A stretch of DNA of 64,000 bases, taken from the NCBI RefSeq assembly GCF_018977255.1, contig NW_024704743.1, positions 47,184,001 through 47,248,000 of the forward strand, in the 5' to 3' direction. The stretch comes from Callorhinchus milii (lineage: Eukaryota). Position 1 is the stretch's first letter. The number at the start of each line of letters is the position of its first letter. The notes beneath the pieces are model-generated. The model was not told the origin of the DNA. It did no database searches and saw only the letters and a program-made list of their open reading frames with translations. Positions 39,757 through 54,049 of this stretch are shown in pieces. Position numbers and translations under genes: made by a program.

Positions 39757-41750
39757 AGCAGCCAGCCCGCCCTCCCTGCCCTCCCTGCCCGCCCGCCCTC
39801 CCTGCCAGCCCGCCTGCCCTCCCTGCCAGCCCGCCCTCCCTGCCAGCCTGCCTGCCCTCCCTGCCAGCCCTGCCCTCCCTGCCAGCCCGCCCTCCCTGCC
39901 CTCCCTGCCAGCCTGCCTGCCCTCCCTGCCAGCCCGCCCTCCCTGCCAGCCTGCCTGCCCTCCCTGCCAGCCTGCCCTCCCTGCCAGCCTGCCCTCCCTG
40001 CCAGCCTGCCCTCCCTGCCAGCCTGCCCTCCCTGCCAGCCCGCCCTCCCTGCCCTCCCTGCCAGCCCACCCTCCCTGCCAGCCTGCCCTCCCTGCCCTCC
40101 CTGCCAGCCCGCCCTCCCTGCCCTCCCTGCCAGCCTGCCTGCCCTCCCTGCCAGCCAGCCCGCCCTCCCTGCCCTCCCTGCCAGCCTGCCTGCCCTCCCT
40201 GCCAGCCTGCCTGCCCTCCCTGCCAGCCTGCCCTCCCTGCCAGCCCGCCCTCCCTGCCAGCCTGCCTGCCCTCCCTGCCAGCCCCCCTCCCTGCCAGCCC
40301 GCCCTCCCTGCCAGCCTGCCCTCCCTGCCAGCCTGCCCGCCCTCCCTGCCAGCCTGCCCGCCCTCCCTGCCAGCCTGCCCTCCCTGCCAGCCTGCCCTCC
40401 CTGCCAGCCCGCCCTCCCTGCCAGCCTGCCTGCCCTCCCTGCCAGCCTGCCCTCCCTGCCAGCCCGCCCTCCCTGCCAGCCCGCCCTCCCTGCCAGCCTG
40501 CCTGCCCTCCCTGCCAGCCTGCCTGCCCTCCCTGCCAGCCTGCCTGCCCTCCCTGCCAGCCTGCCCTCCCTGCCAGCCTGCCTGCCCTCCCTGTCAGCCT
40601 GCCCTCCCTGCCAGCCTGCCTGCCCTCCCTGCCAGCCTGCCTGCCCTCCCTGCCAGCCTGCCTGCCCTCCCTGCCAGCCCGCCTGCCCTCCCTGTCAGCC
40701 TGTCTGCCCTCCTCTCATCCCTGCCAGCCCGCCTGCCCTCCCTGCCAGCCTGCCTGCCCTCCTCTCATCCCTGCCAGCCTGTCTGCCCTCCCTGTCAGCC
40801 AGCCTGCCCTCCCTGTCAGCCAGCCTGCCCTCCCTGCCCTCCTCTCATCCCTGCCAGCCTGCCTGCCCTCCCTGTCAGCCAGCCTGCCCTCCCTGCCCTC
40901 CTCTCATCCTTGCCAGCCTGCCTGCCCTCCCTGTCAGCCAGCCTGCCCTCCCTGCCCTCCTCTCATCCCTGCCAGCCTGCCTGCCCTCCCTGTCAGCCTG
41001 TCCGCCCTCCCTGCCTGCCCTTCCTGCCAGCAGCCTGCCTGCCCTCTCTGCCTGCCCTCCCTGCCAGCCAGCCTGTCTGCCCACCCTGCCCTCCTCCCAT
41101 CCCTGCCAGCCAGCCTGCCTGCCCTCTCTGCCTGCCCTCCTCCCATCCTTGCCAGCCTGTCTGCCCTCCCTGCCTGCCCTCCCTGCCAGCCTGTCTGCCC
41201 TCCCTGCCTGCCTTCCTCCCATCCATGCCCTCCCTGCCTGCCCTCCTCCCATCCATGCCCACCCTGCCAGCCTGTCTGCCCTCCTCCCATCCCTGCCCTC
41301 CCTACCAGCCTGTCTGCCCTCCCTGCCTGCTCTCCTCCCATCCCTGCTCTCCCTGCCAGCCTGACTGCCCTCCTCCCATCCCTGCCCTCCCTGCCAGCCT
41401 ATCTGCCCTTCCTGCCTGCCCTCCTCCCATCCCTGCCAGCCTATCTGCCCTCCCTGCCTGCCCTCCTCCCATCCCTGCCCTCCCTGCCAGCCTGTCTGCC
41501 CTCCCTGCCTGCCCTCCACCCATCCCTGCCCTCCCTGCCAGCCTATCTGCCCTCCCTGCCTGCCCTCCTCCCATCCCTGCCAGCCTGTCTGCCCTCCCTG
41601 CCTGCCCTCCTCCCATCCCTGCCAGCCTGTCTGCCCTCCGTGCCTAGCCACTCTCCCCCTGCCTGCCCTCCATCCATCCTTGCCCTTCTAGGCAAGCCTG
41701 CCTGCCCTCCCTCGCTGCCAGCCTGTCTGCCCTGCCAGCCTGCCAGCCTC
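39757..41750. repeat. About 2 kb C-rich minisatellite built from CCTG/CCCT/CCAG modules
   Basis: Continuous array such as CCCTCCCTGCCAGCCTG, with variant units CCTGTCAG and CCTCCTCCCATC. Confidence 0.95.
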
Positions 41751-41977
41751 TCTCCCCTGAGCTGCCTGAAGTGCTGAATTTTTTATGAACTTGTGCTCTG
41801 ATCTGTCCCCACAAAGTCATTAAACAGCTCTTTGCTGTGAAGTACACACACACACGCACTTCCTGAATCACTTCTCTGCAGAAGTTGCCGAGGCTACAGT
41901 GTACATGGTACCCCTGGGTGCATGATACGAATGGATAATCTTAACACTAAGATCCTGCTGCTGCCATGCTCCTCCCC

Positions 41978-41996
41978 TGCCACTAGATGTCACTAG
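41978..41996 (+). promoter_or_regulatory. Candidate CTCF-binding site
   Basis: TGCCACTAGATGTCACTAG closely resembles the CTCF core CCACYAGRKGGCRSYA (one core mismatch). Motif only. Confidence 0.4.
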
Positions 41997-42623
41997 TGCG
42001 CCTAACACTCGTGGAAGAGGCGAGCACGTGGTTTCAATGTTTGTAAACAAAAATGTTCAGAAAGTCCTACAGACTATCACCTCTGGCGCAGAAACCCAGT
42101 GTCATCTTCACCCTTCGCCCCCTCTTCTCTTTCCCCTCAGAATTACAGCAGAGAACCACCACTCAGTGAGACCAACCAACCCGAACACTGAGCCATATAA
42201 ACCAGAACATTCAATATTTACTCCGAAAGTGGGACCCTTTCACGCATTCAATTACAGATTTTTTTTTGCCAGTAATAGAAATCTTCTGTTACAAACAACT
42301 AATTGTCTTTTTCTCAATAACCATTCAAATTCTTTAGTGTTTCATCTTCAAAGAATTCGATAAGGTTGGTCAAGCATGACCTTCCTTTCATAAATCCATA
42401 CTGGTTGTGTGGATAATCTCAGAATTATATTTTGAGACTAACCCTCTCTATCAATAACGTACTATAAAATCTTGGTTCAAGTCTTGGCCCTTACCAACCT
42501 GCACTTAATGCTCTACGGAAAAAGGTAAGAAAGGTGCACTCCTCTGGGAATATAGTACGCATTTAACTTCAGACACGGAAATTTCCTTTTATAGATGGCA
42601 AGCTTGAAACTTGTAGGTCGGAT

Positions 42624-42884
42624 AGGGCGAAACCTTGGGCAAGTTTCCTTACTCCACACAGAGCCTAATAATAATCCCTCCAAAACCAAAAACAATAATA
42701 ATTTGGTCATTTTCAATCTACGACTGTTTGTGGGACATTGCTGTGCGCAATTGGCTGCCGCGTTCGCCCACAGATATACAGTCAATTCACTTTACAGTGT
42801 GTTCTGTGAAACGCTTGGGGACGTCCTCCCGACGTGAAAAGCGCTATATCAAATGCAAGGATTATTATTATTATTATTATTATT
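42624..42884 (+). mobile_element. Young SINE lacking its tRNA head, inserted in a family-C copy
   Basis: Starts at AGGGCGAAACCTTGGG and ends in (ATT)n. Confidence 0.9.
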
Positions 42885-43924
42885 CCTAAGAATGGTGACG
42901 GGTTTTCACATGTGTCAGTCACCCGTCTGACAAAAAAGAATCTTGGTCAGCAGATTAAATTTACAATTAAACAAATAGTAAATAGTATATTTACTAACTG
43001 AATTGTTATTATTGTTAAAATTGCAAATGGGATAGAAACATATTAAACAATAGGGAAAATAAAAACAAAATAAAACAAAGATGTCAAAACTATTACAGTC
43101 GTAGCACAAACAAATAAAGATGTTATATTTTTTCAGTTTAAAAAATGTAACATATCTTAATTTGTTACACAAACAACTTGCATTTGCTGAAACAAAATTA
43201 ACATATCCATCAATTTTGTCTATTAGAACCCACCCTAGTATTCTACATACATTATTTTCAACCCTCTTTCTTAAATTACCTGCCTCTCTAAATGTTTCGC
43301 CTATACCAGGATCACCTTCTGGGATCTGGACCAATATGATAAATGTTCAGTTACATTTTCTTCCGCAATGTCTGACCAGATCCCCTGATAATGCATGTTC
43401 AGTGTCATATGTGACAGATTCTCACTGTCAGCTATTCTCACCTACAAATAGAATAGATTGCCAGAAATGGCTAAACCTGAGTATGAACTACCATAACACC
43501 TCAAAAAGAAATGAAATAACATTTAAAAAGTTAAAATCAAAGTTATTTACATTATATTTTGAAAAATTTAATAATGATGCAAATATATGAAAACTATAGT
43601 TTTTGTTCAATAAACACAGTGACTGCATTTTACAGTATATCCTGTGAAGCACTTTACAATGACCTCCTGACATGAAAGGTACTCAACCAAAGGTAAGGAT
43701 TAATGTTATTAACTACAAGAAAAATTAAAAAAATTGGTCACTCACTCTATGACTATTTGTGGGACATTGCTGTGCAAAATTGGCTGCCATATTTTGGACA
43801 CAAAATACGCAATTCAATTTGGAATACATGCTGTGAAGCACTTTGAGATGTCTCAATGACACGATAAGGCACTATATCAAATGCAAGGCTTACTATTATG
43901 ATTAAATAAATAGATATCAAAAAT

Positions 43925-44130
43925 ATTACAACAAAATCTTGGATTTATATGGTGCCCTTCATGAAGGATAGCACCTTGGAGCGCTGCTCATTGGCGGGGC
44001 TGGCAGCTAAGCAAGGGAGAAGTGGGAGCTGACCATCTCGTGATCAAAGAGGTATATCTTAAAATGGGATTTAAAGATAGATAAAGAGGTGGCGAAGCAG
44101 ACAGATTGGGGCAGGGAGTTCCAGAGGTTA
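43925..44130 (-). mobile_element. L2 3' fragment
   Basis: Tail motif and GGGAGTTCCAGAG block shared with other minus-strand copies. Confidence 0.7.
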
Positions 44131-47100
44131 CATGTAATAAAATAACTAACTATATTACATATACTAATAACATAAATAAGTCATATTTACCGGAAAAGCT
44201 TTCAAATAGGCTTTTGCTACCTAATTTCAAAGAAAAGGTGAATGAAAGATCTTCCATTGCCAGACACATATTCATGGATCTGTGCCAGAGTATGACTTTG
44301 TCATTCCATATTCTGCCCATCTGCAGCCTGACCCCATTTCCTTAAAACACATGGCCATTGTTAAACATGAGAGACTCATTTAACACTTTGAATGCTGTAG
44401 GGGTATTTCTCCAACAAAATCATAACAACAGCAGTAACACGTAGTAAAGTTCCTTGTCAACGTAGTAAAGTTCCTTCCGTACTGAAAGAGTTAATCCTTG
44501 TTACTACTTTGCAACATGAATTTGTCATATATTTATTTCCATCTAGCACATGATTGTGTGCGCAACATTAGTGCATATGTATTTAAAGTAGTTGCACGAT
44601 CAGACATTGAATTCAACCACCTCCAATTTCATCCTATGTCTACACATCACCTATAGACATATAGAACACTCAGTGAGATTACAATTTCACTTTATTCAGA
44701 GAAAACACTTAATTGGAAAATATTACTCTGTGTCATACCAAATACACCTTTTCTTTTAATTATGTTTCATTAATACTACAAATTGAATCATTTTCTTGAA
44801 ACATTTCTGTATTTTTAAAAGCTAACAAGGGCTTTAGGTGTTCAAAGGGTAAATGATTATTGGCAGAATACGCCTCCCCTTCCCCCACAGCCCCTCCCCC
44901 TCAAGATATTTAAGGCTCTGCCAGTTGTCTGCGGTTTTGATTCCACAGCACACTGTATGTATTCGGCAAAGGGTAGAATTGAGGCCCCTGTCGTGTTGAG
45001 GTGTCTCAGGGTCAATTCCAAAGAGAAATTACATTCAACAAATAAAATTACATTTTCTCATGGTGAATGATAGAAGTGGAGCACTGTGTTCAGGTTCCTA
45101 CGTGTGGCAAATCAGTGGATAACTGACAATGCAAAGCACTGACTGCAATCCAAAGACATCATCATCTTATTTGTTAGTGAAAGATAGGGGCTCATTTGAA
45201 GAATCACATTGGTAGGGTATTCAGTATTGGATGATCTCTTGAGTTTTGCTTGTTCTGCCAAGTGTGCTTCAGCGTTAAACAGCCAAGGAAATTACGTCTT
45301 GCTCACATGAAAAAAAGAAGCTACAATTCTGCATTTGAATATAATTTCCATAGTACTGACCAGTCAGTCACACGTAAGTCAAATGACTCTGGATCAGTAA
45401 TGTTGAAATCTCACATGGTTTGCAGCATATCTGTGTAAGAAAACTGTTAAAGCAATGTTCGCGTTATGTTCCCCTCCAGAGTGCAATATTTTGGCTTTTT
45501 TTAGTTATCCACAGGGAAGTCAGAAGAGTTTCCTACTTGCAAACTAAAAATCCTGTTTATAAATACAGGCTATTTTGGAGGTGTATGTAAATGACAATGA
45601 CCATGTTAATTTCCACAATTAACAATATTTCTGAAATAAATGCAAAATTGTGGTAATCCAGAAATATGTGAGATTTCCCTCACAAATGATACCACACACA
45701 TACAACTACAATTAACTTTGCCTAATTATGTTTGTCATCAAAATATTACAGCTAAGCTAAATAATAAAAATAATATTAATCTTTCATTTTGATATAGCGA
45801 CTTATCACGTCTTCGAGACAAAGTGCTTCAAAGAATATATTGTAAAGTGAATTGACTGTATATTTTGTGGGCAAAACGTGGCATCCAATTAGGCACAGCA
45901 GTGTCCCACAAACAGTCGTTCAAATATAAATATTTAAGTATAGACGCCATTTCAGAATCTCAGAATTTGACATTATGTATAGTTACGTATGTATTACTTT
46001 AGAGAATGATTCGGTTAGGACAGGCCGCTGATATCACTAACAATTAAAACATACATCTGATACAAGCAATTTGTACATGTTATGGGTGCTATTAATGAAA
46101 CACGTGTCAGAGCCAATCATGTGCAGAATTGTTCACAAGCTTGCTCATTATTTTTGGCATTCTTACACCACTAATGTCCCAACAAAAAACATAGCCAAAG
46201 GCACAAAACTCAATCTAACACACATTGCAGAATGCTCAGTGGATTGCAGAACTGTCTGTCATTTGTGTTCATGAATGTGCCAAATGATCAGACTCGATTT
46301 TCCTCAATTGCTACTCTGACTACTGTGATACTGTAGTTCATAAATGATTTGCAACATCAGTGCTGCAAGTTAGCTGGGTACTTACCAAAGTGTCCTAATT
46401 AGCAACAATAACAAACTATGTCAGGAATTTGACTGGTGATAATTTGACAACCGAGGAAATACAAGTTTTAATTTCACAGTTGCCAGACCTTACATGTATT
46501 GTTATAGTGTTCTAGGTATTTAGCATTTTAAAACCATTAAGAAAATTGTACTAACATAAAATTCTGTCCTATTTCAATATTACTAAACTTTAAAGAATCA
46601 GCTTTGAAAATGTACAATTATCTTTACAAATAGGAACACAAATCAACAATGGCAAATAATGTTGTAAACTTTGACATGGATTCAAACTCAGAGAGGGAAG
46701 GTGAAGAGACACATTGAATTACTTGGCCCAGACTGGTGTCCATGTGAAGTAGACTAACCAGGGAGAAGAGGAGACGGTGGAACAATATTGTGTCAGCAAA
46801 TTCAAGGGGAATTAGAGCACTATTTGGTGAAGAAATCAATTGATAAGCGATAGAGATTGATGAAAGATAGAGTAGTATAGGATTATGTTTTTTCTTTAGT
46901 ACTAGCCAAATGGATAGTAATGGTCTCTTCCGGTCTTGTGCATTCCTATGTCCCTATGTAATTCTGTGCACTTTGAACATATGACATCTTGGCTGATTTG
47001 ATTTCAGACACCATTTAAGATTCTCAAAATTGGCTACAGATCCTGTTGCATCCAATAAAGTATAATCAAGAGCCAGACTCTCAGTGTCTCCTGTGATTTA

Positions 47101-47984
47101 ACTGCTCAATGGGTTTTTGCTGAGAGAGGCATTGACTGGTGTGATATAAACATAAATCTGTGATTGGCAGGATTACTCTACAGGAATGATTCTCTTTTCA
47201 TCGGTAAATTTATGGAACATGTCGGGGAGAACATTCTATGTTAGTTGGTAAATTTATGAACCTTGGCTGGTGGGAGTTTAGAGAATAGGATGTACCTTAT
47301 GGGGCATGATGATTTCTGTGATGCTTGAGAGCAAAGGGAGGAGAATGTTCAGTGTGGAGGGAATGAGGCCAGTTTTCAATTGTAGATAATTGGGTATTGA
47401 TGAAAATTGTGGAGTATTTGTTTCAATACGCTTGGGGTCCACAAAATGAGCATTCATCTTGGAGATGGAGTGTGGGCAAAGTCCACGATATGGTCAGGTT
47501 TTCTGAGTCTGAGTGAGCTTGTCTACTCTAATATTGTGGGTTGTGTTGCAAGTTGTCAAAATGAATTATTAGAAAAGCACAAATACATTAAATTCAGGCT
47601 GCTTCCCCTGGTTGCAAATCTCACACACTCACACACTGCCTGAAGTGGTGGTCAATCCTGAAAATCAGATCAAAGTTGGAAAAAAATAATCTTTGTAAAC
47701 CCAAAGGTATGTGTGTGAAATGGACAGCGGTGAAGTCCTGTTTGATTTAGTTTCAATGATGAGGTGGAACATAAGTCACTCATGACTTTGCCACTTATGA
47801 TTTATCCAGGCATCCTCTTTTGTGAAAAGTCAATGGCTTAGCATCAATTCATCACTTTAACAACTTTATGTGGCACTGGAATGGACTCATGAATTTACCT
47901 GTCTTTTGTAGCAAATGCATATTATTTTCTACTGGTCCGTAAATTTACTGCTCGTAATCCTATTTTTTGTGGACTCCAGAGTAT

Positions 47985-48500
47985 CAGAAAAAATAGGAGA
48001 AGAAAGGCATTCGTTCCACCAGAGTTCACCCTTTCTTGTCCTACACAAAAAGCAAACAATTTATTTTTAAAAGTCACTAATGTTTTGGCCTCTAGTTCTC
48101 TCCTTGGCAGATTTCACAAACAGTGCTTCTTGAGAAAAAAANTTCTTCCAGATTTAAAAAAAACAATACTTTATTGTTTTATAAATATATGTCCCTTGTT
48201 CTGCTTTCCTTGTTTAACTTGAATAGCATTCTGGGTTTACACTATACTATCTATACTGTTATAAATACTATATAATGGTCAATGAGATCTGCTATGAACC
48301 TCTTTAAATCCAGATGATAGAGATTAAGCTTCTCCAGTTTTTGCATTCTAGTTCTTTCCCTTTACACTTGGGATCAGTCTTGTTGTTCATTTCTGGAACT
48401 TTTCCAAAGCTTGTACATGTTTTCTGTGGTGTGCTGACCAGAAATGAACACAGTATTCCAAGTGAGCTCTGACCAGTGCTTTGTAGAACTTCACAATATC
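47985..48500 (-). mobile_element. Old CR1 3' fragment
   Basis: Minus strand gives ELTWNTVFISGQHT-like frameshifted remnants of the LVRPHLEYC/FWS region. Other CR1 scraps at about 7950-8130, 17440-17650, 23870-24100, 24784-24920, 31020-31420, 46690-46960, 57735-57900 and 59447-59645. Confidence 0.7.
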
Positions 48501-51500
48501 CTCCAAAAACTTCTGCTGGACTGCTCTGGCCATATATCACATGCCTATATTTGCCAAGCGGTCCGAGATGCCATCCGGCGTGAAGGGCGCTTTTTAAATC
48601 CAAGTTGTTGTTTCTTTTTAATTGCTTCTCCACATTGTACTGAAATTGAAAGTAAGATACCACTCTGCTAATTTAAACCCAACTATTACACTATTATGAT
48701 ACACATTTTTCCATCAATGTGTAGATTAATTGGTTAAATTAATTGGTTACATTAGTAGTGCATTTTCTTTGCCAGTTGTCTGCCCAATTATGTGGTAGAT
48801 TTGAATTCTTGGTTTAATTTGACTTCATTGGTGCCTGCAGCTTTCTGGTACCTGATCCAATTGGCAATTCATGGTGTATGTACCTCCACAGTGAGTACAG
48901 CACTGCCAGGCTATTCAACCATCTCAGCTGAATCTAATGCAGTTTTTTCCCAATGTCCATGTGTGGGGAATTTGCAGAACGGTTGCAAAAGGAAGCAGGT
49001 TAATATCTGGTGAAGAAACCTTGGTTTATTTTTCTCTCTCTAGCCCAAGGGCAATACCCCTAATGCTCTGGGTCAGATCAGTTAACTCAACACAGACCAG
49101 GAATTAAACCTGTGACATTCTAGTCCTTGTGGCTGTGTACGATGCCAGATGCTGCCTTCCCTCATTAAGATGTTGAAGTTGATAGTTAAAGATTCTACGC
49201 AAAGCTTATCTGACCCTTCGTAAACTTTTTAGAGGGTCACACTATATTGGATATATGTTGGAAGTGTAAAGTAACTCTCATTCACAGTTTAGGCAATGAT
49301 TTCCAAGTAATTATCCTGACAAAGACGAAACAAATCAATCACCAGTATCTTGTATATTAATGGATCCAAAATATGTTTGTTAGGGGATTGTTAAGAGTAC
49401 AAGACCAAAACCTGACCCTGTCCACTTTTGTAGTTGCCTAGATGCTTAGTCAATGTATCAGAGGTGTGTAGAACTGTACCCCAGTAGAAGGAAAAAGGAA
49501 ACAAATATTTTCAGAATATTGCAGGAGAAAAATGGCAGGCAAAACTTCTAATAATATTAAAATATTGCTTATATAAATAAGCTAAGTTTTGATGCACATT
49601 AATGTGAAACTTATTCTTTTTTATATGTTGCCATCTGTTCTCTATTGTGATGTAATCTAATCTGGTTTCATGGTGATGACATCAACATGTGTTATAAATA
49701 CCTAAATCCGTGCATTAACTGCTTGACTTCTGGGGAATGAGTTGCTGATAATCACTCAATGAACCAGCAATGATTAGATCATAATCATTTGTCCCTCAGT
49801 GTGGACTTGATCGCACATCAATATGGAGTGGGCTGGCCATTGGGGTTTAGAATGACAGCTGCTGCAAACACAGAAGGGACCCAACGCAGATTTAAGCCAC
49901 CTCCTGAACTGTATGGTATATATTATAAGAGATAACATATCTCCTGAAGTGATTTCAAGGCTGTAATTGTATTTGAAAATTCAGGTGGCGTTTATTAACC
50001 AGTCTCTCCTCTCATCATTTGAACTCCTTGATCAGATCACTGCCTTATAATCAATCCCAGCTGTTCATTATTCTCTCTTTATTTGGAACAAAAGAAAAAA
50101 ATACTCAGTCATGATGCCACTAAAGTCTGCAGATATTATTTTAAAGGAATTGTTTTAGTCCAAATCTAGTTAACAGCTAATTTTGTTCATAGTGATCCTT
50201 TTGCCTTTCTTTTCTCCCCTCTGTAAACTAGTGACTTTTAATGGATAGTCTCCAAGGCCACCACTGTGGTACTTGCTGGTTGCTTACAGAAGTAGCCATC
50301 CTCAGTGAGGGTCAGCCAGCTTTAGGGATAACAGCCAAGCCTGATCCTGTCCTTATTCAACATCCACATACACAGTTGTTACTGACAGTGATTGGGAAAG
50401 GGAATCCTGACTGCTTCTTTGTAGCCCAGAGGTACCAAGAGTAATTGCTGCACCCCAAATACTGCCGTGGTTGAGGTCACCTAATTCAGCACAGACTGGG
50501 ATTCAAATTTATAATGTTTTGCTTTGAATTGGTAGAGCTTTTATCCCCTGAGGAATAAAAGGCATGACGGGAAATCTGAATTATCCTTCACAACAATGTT
50601 TGATATATAAACTGCACTAACAGAAATATACCGGTTCCCCATGATAAATTATGGAACATACACAAAACACAATGTTTCAGTCATTATGATTCTTGTCTGA
50701 AGGATCATAACAGTTCTTGTCTGAAGAATGATGCCAAGCACCTCACAGTGCATCTCGTGTAAGGAACAGATATGATTGTCTTCGAGACAAGTTTTTTACC
50801 AGTCGATAAGATATACATGAAGTTTCTTGTAAGAGATGTACTTGTGTCCCTAAGTGCTATTTACAATGCCTTTTCCCTGATGAACACTTTTTTCCAACTT
50901 CAATAACCTGGTAACAAAATCTATCCAAAAAGTATAGAATCTGCAAAGCCTGAATATTTTTTGATTAGCCTCCTCATCTCTGTTCAATTTTATTTTTTGG
51001 CGCAAACCAAGTTCCCAAAATACTGAAAGAAAAACTTACTGATCATCCCTATGTTATCATCCTTCATGATATTGTAACATTGCCAAGAGCCTGACCATGA
51101 CTCCTCCACCACAAGGAAAGTGACTAATTTCAAAGGATGAATCAGAAAGTAGTTTGTGGTCCAGATTATGTTGATGAGCTGAATTCAGGAACTTGTTCTT
51201 CCTGTTTTTTGAGCATTAATACTTTATTGAAACCTCATATGTGAGTAATGTCAGGGCTGCTTACATGCTGAGGGTGATTAGAAAATGAAATAATTGCCAT
51301 AAGTAGCTTTTGAATCCTAACATGACCAATGGAACATATACAAAAAGTTAAACTTTGCAGAAAAACATTTGCAGAATAATAATTGCAAAGGACAATATGA
51401 AAGGATGAAGTGAAAGAACAGGGAATTGGGATTACAGCATTGGAGGAGCTAGAACCAGTATAGGTTCAATGGACTGAACAGCCTCTTTCTGTGCTGTCAT

Positions 51501-53097
51501 TTCCGATTCTATGATCTTTTATGTACATGTCTCCCACTATTTTTAATAACCTCTCTTTGGCCTTTCAGGTTATATCACTAAATAATTGCTAAATTTGTGG
51601 GGTTTTTTTGTTCTGAGGAGTAACTTTATGAGGGTAACAGAGCTAATAACACGAATTTAGCAAAATATCAGCCTTTTTTTAAGGTCATAGGTGCACCATA
51701 AAGCACAGCTCCATTGATAAAACAGGAAATCATTCTTAATTGAAAAGAGCTTCACAGTTTGGAATTCATTGTTCTGAATGGAAATTTACAAAGAATTACC
51801 CAGCAAGATGGGACAATGAAATAAGATAATAATCCTTTAATTTAATATAGTGCCTTATTACGTCATTGAGACATCTCGAAGCACTTCACAGGACATACTG
51901 TAAAGTAATATGACAAGAGTGCATTTTTTTGGGTGTAACTTTGTAGTTATTCACAAACGAGGTGAAGTTGCTGGAAAGTCACAGATGTATTTTTGATTGC
52001 TCTGCCAACAAAACCTAACAGCCTGAAGGAACAAGATGCATCCACAGTTCTGGCATCATATGCTGGTGATATTCAGAGACCTTTGCAGTGAAACGTCTTT
52101 TGGAAAAGGAAAGTTCATAAGTAATGTCAGTTGACATGGCTGAATGTCCATAAGGCCACGAGCTGAATCTGGTGGGTGGAAGGCAGGTTCAGGGCAACAT
52201 GCTTCCATTTTATCCATCCTTCCGAGGGCAAAGAATCTAGCCACGACTCCACAATTACTTCTGATGCATTTAATCCTGATGCACAAGCAAGCCTAAGAAC
52301 TTGTGATGTAGAGAATCTGGTACATGAGCCGCAATTGCAGGAAAAGACCTTGAAAATAAAAGGTAGGTCAAAGAATGTTTTCACCAGCACAAAACAACAG
52401 TAAAAGGCTGAAGCATATGATATAGTGTCGGAAGTCAGTGATACCAGGTTAAGGGAGGAAATGCAGGACATTTATATCTCTAAACTGGATGTGATAGACT
52501 GATGTCTAACCGAAAAACCAAATATTGTGTTGTTGGATGTGTTAGAATTTCCTCTCCTGGTTCAGAACATGAGGGTTAAGGTTTCCAAAATCGGTGTTAT
52601 CTTCACTGGGCAGCATACTGTGTTTCCAGTCATAGTCATAAATGGACGCATTGGCTCCTTTGATGGTTCAGGTGGTGAATCCACTGACCAGTGTGCAACT
52701 TAGTCCTGGAATACCCGGCAGATCCATCTATAAGATTATCTCTGTTTGGTAAACAGAGGAGATTCTCCATTGACTCACTTAGGAAGGTATAAATGTTCTA
52801 ATCCGTATGAGCTAGTTCATTTGTGTATTAGACCCTCAGGGGAAGTTGGTATGATAGTTAGGGATCAGCTCTTCCTTGTGAGGAATCCAGATACACACAT
52901 TGGAGGGGGGGGAGGCAGGTACAATATGAAGCGCATGGAGAGCCTTAGATCAAGTCAGTCCCAATTAGTACAGATGTAAGATCTCTCCTGTATAGCTGCT
53001 CAATGAAAGACCTTAATGTATTAGTACTTCAAATTACTGACATTTTCTCTGACAACACTCCAAGCAGCCAGTTTTCCAGTCCTGGTTTCACATTTTT

Positions 53098-53417
53098 GGA
53101 GTCCTGTAGCTCAGTGGTTAGAGCACTCGCTTTGCAAGTGAGAGACCTGAGTTCAATTCCCGGCAGGGCGAAACCTTGGGCAAGTTTCCTTACTCCACAC
53201 GCCTAATAATAATCCCTCCAAAAACAAAAAACAATAATTAAATTGGTCATTTTCAATCTACGACTGTTTGTGGGACATTGCTGTGCGCAATTTGCTGCCG
53301 GGTTCGCCCACAAATATACAGTCAATTCACTTTACAGTGTGTTCTGTGAAGCGCTTTGGGACGTCCTCCCGATGTGAAAAGCGCTATATCAAATGCAAGG
53401 ATTATTATTATTATTAT
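53098..53417 (+). mobile_element. Young tRNA-Ala-derived SINE, full length
   Basis: Anticodon arm CTCGC-TTTGCAA-GTGAG (TGC), A/B boxes, (ATT)n tail. Confidence 0.9.
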
Positions 53418-54049
53418 ATTTCCAGCTTTTGTTCTTGGAAGCAGCCATATTGCACGTACTGGGTTGAGCTCAGGGCTGCCACAACACAACAATGCCAGAA
53501 TGCACAAGTCTGTCAGAGTGTTACCTGGTGAAAAAAGCAATAATTCCCGATCAAGTCATAAGACTGATGAGAAAGAAAATTTACTGACAAGAGAAAGCTA
53601 TTATTTCTGTGATTGCTGATCCTAATACTGTTTCCTGTCAAAACTCACTTGCTGGAAATTAAGCAACATGTCCCTTTCTGGTAATAAAAATGGCAGATAA
53701 TGTTATTTGTATACTGTATTTTGTGGAAGATGGTAAGAAATAATGCATCAAAGACACTTGTGTGTCAAGCCAAATTCAAAATAACTATTGCCAGAAGGGA
53801 TGTTAAAGGTACTGTGCAGGAGAAGTTTCTAATTGAATTTTCATCTGTTAGCACTTTGTCAAAGCAATGCACAAAATTAATAATAAATGCAAAAGTAATC
53901 TAATACTAGTGTGTAGTGTTATGATATTGTTGTCAAAATAATGCTAAATCCAATGAAAAGAAAACTTGCTTCTGAAAAGGAAAGATACATGAGCTGCATT
54001 ATTATCAGTGTTTATTACATGAACCTAGCCTTTAATCATGACGCTGCCA

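Noticed and set aside
39728..41777. 639-aa and 681-aa Pro/Cys-rich ORFs and their antisense ORFs
   Set aside because: They are translations of a minisatellite whose units lack stop codons; starts are non-ATG and there is no domain.
53098..53170. tRNA-Ala(TGC)-like sequence (also at 16983 and 32981)
   Set aside because: It is the head of a SINE, continuous with the SINE body and tail, not a standalone tRNA gene.
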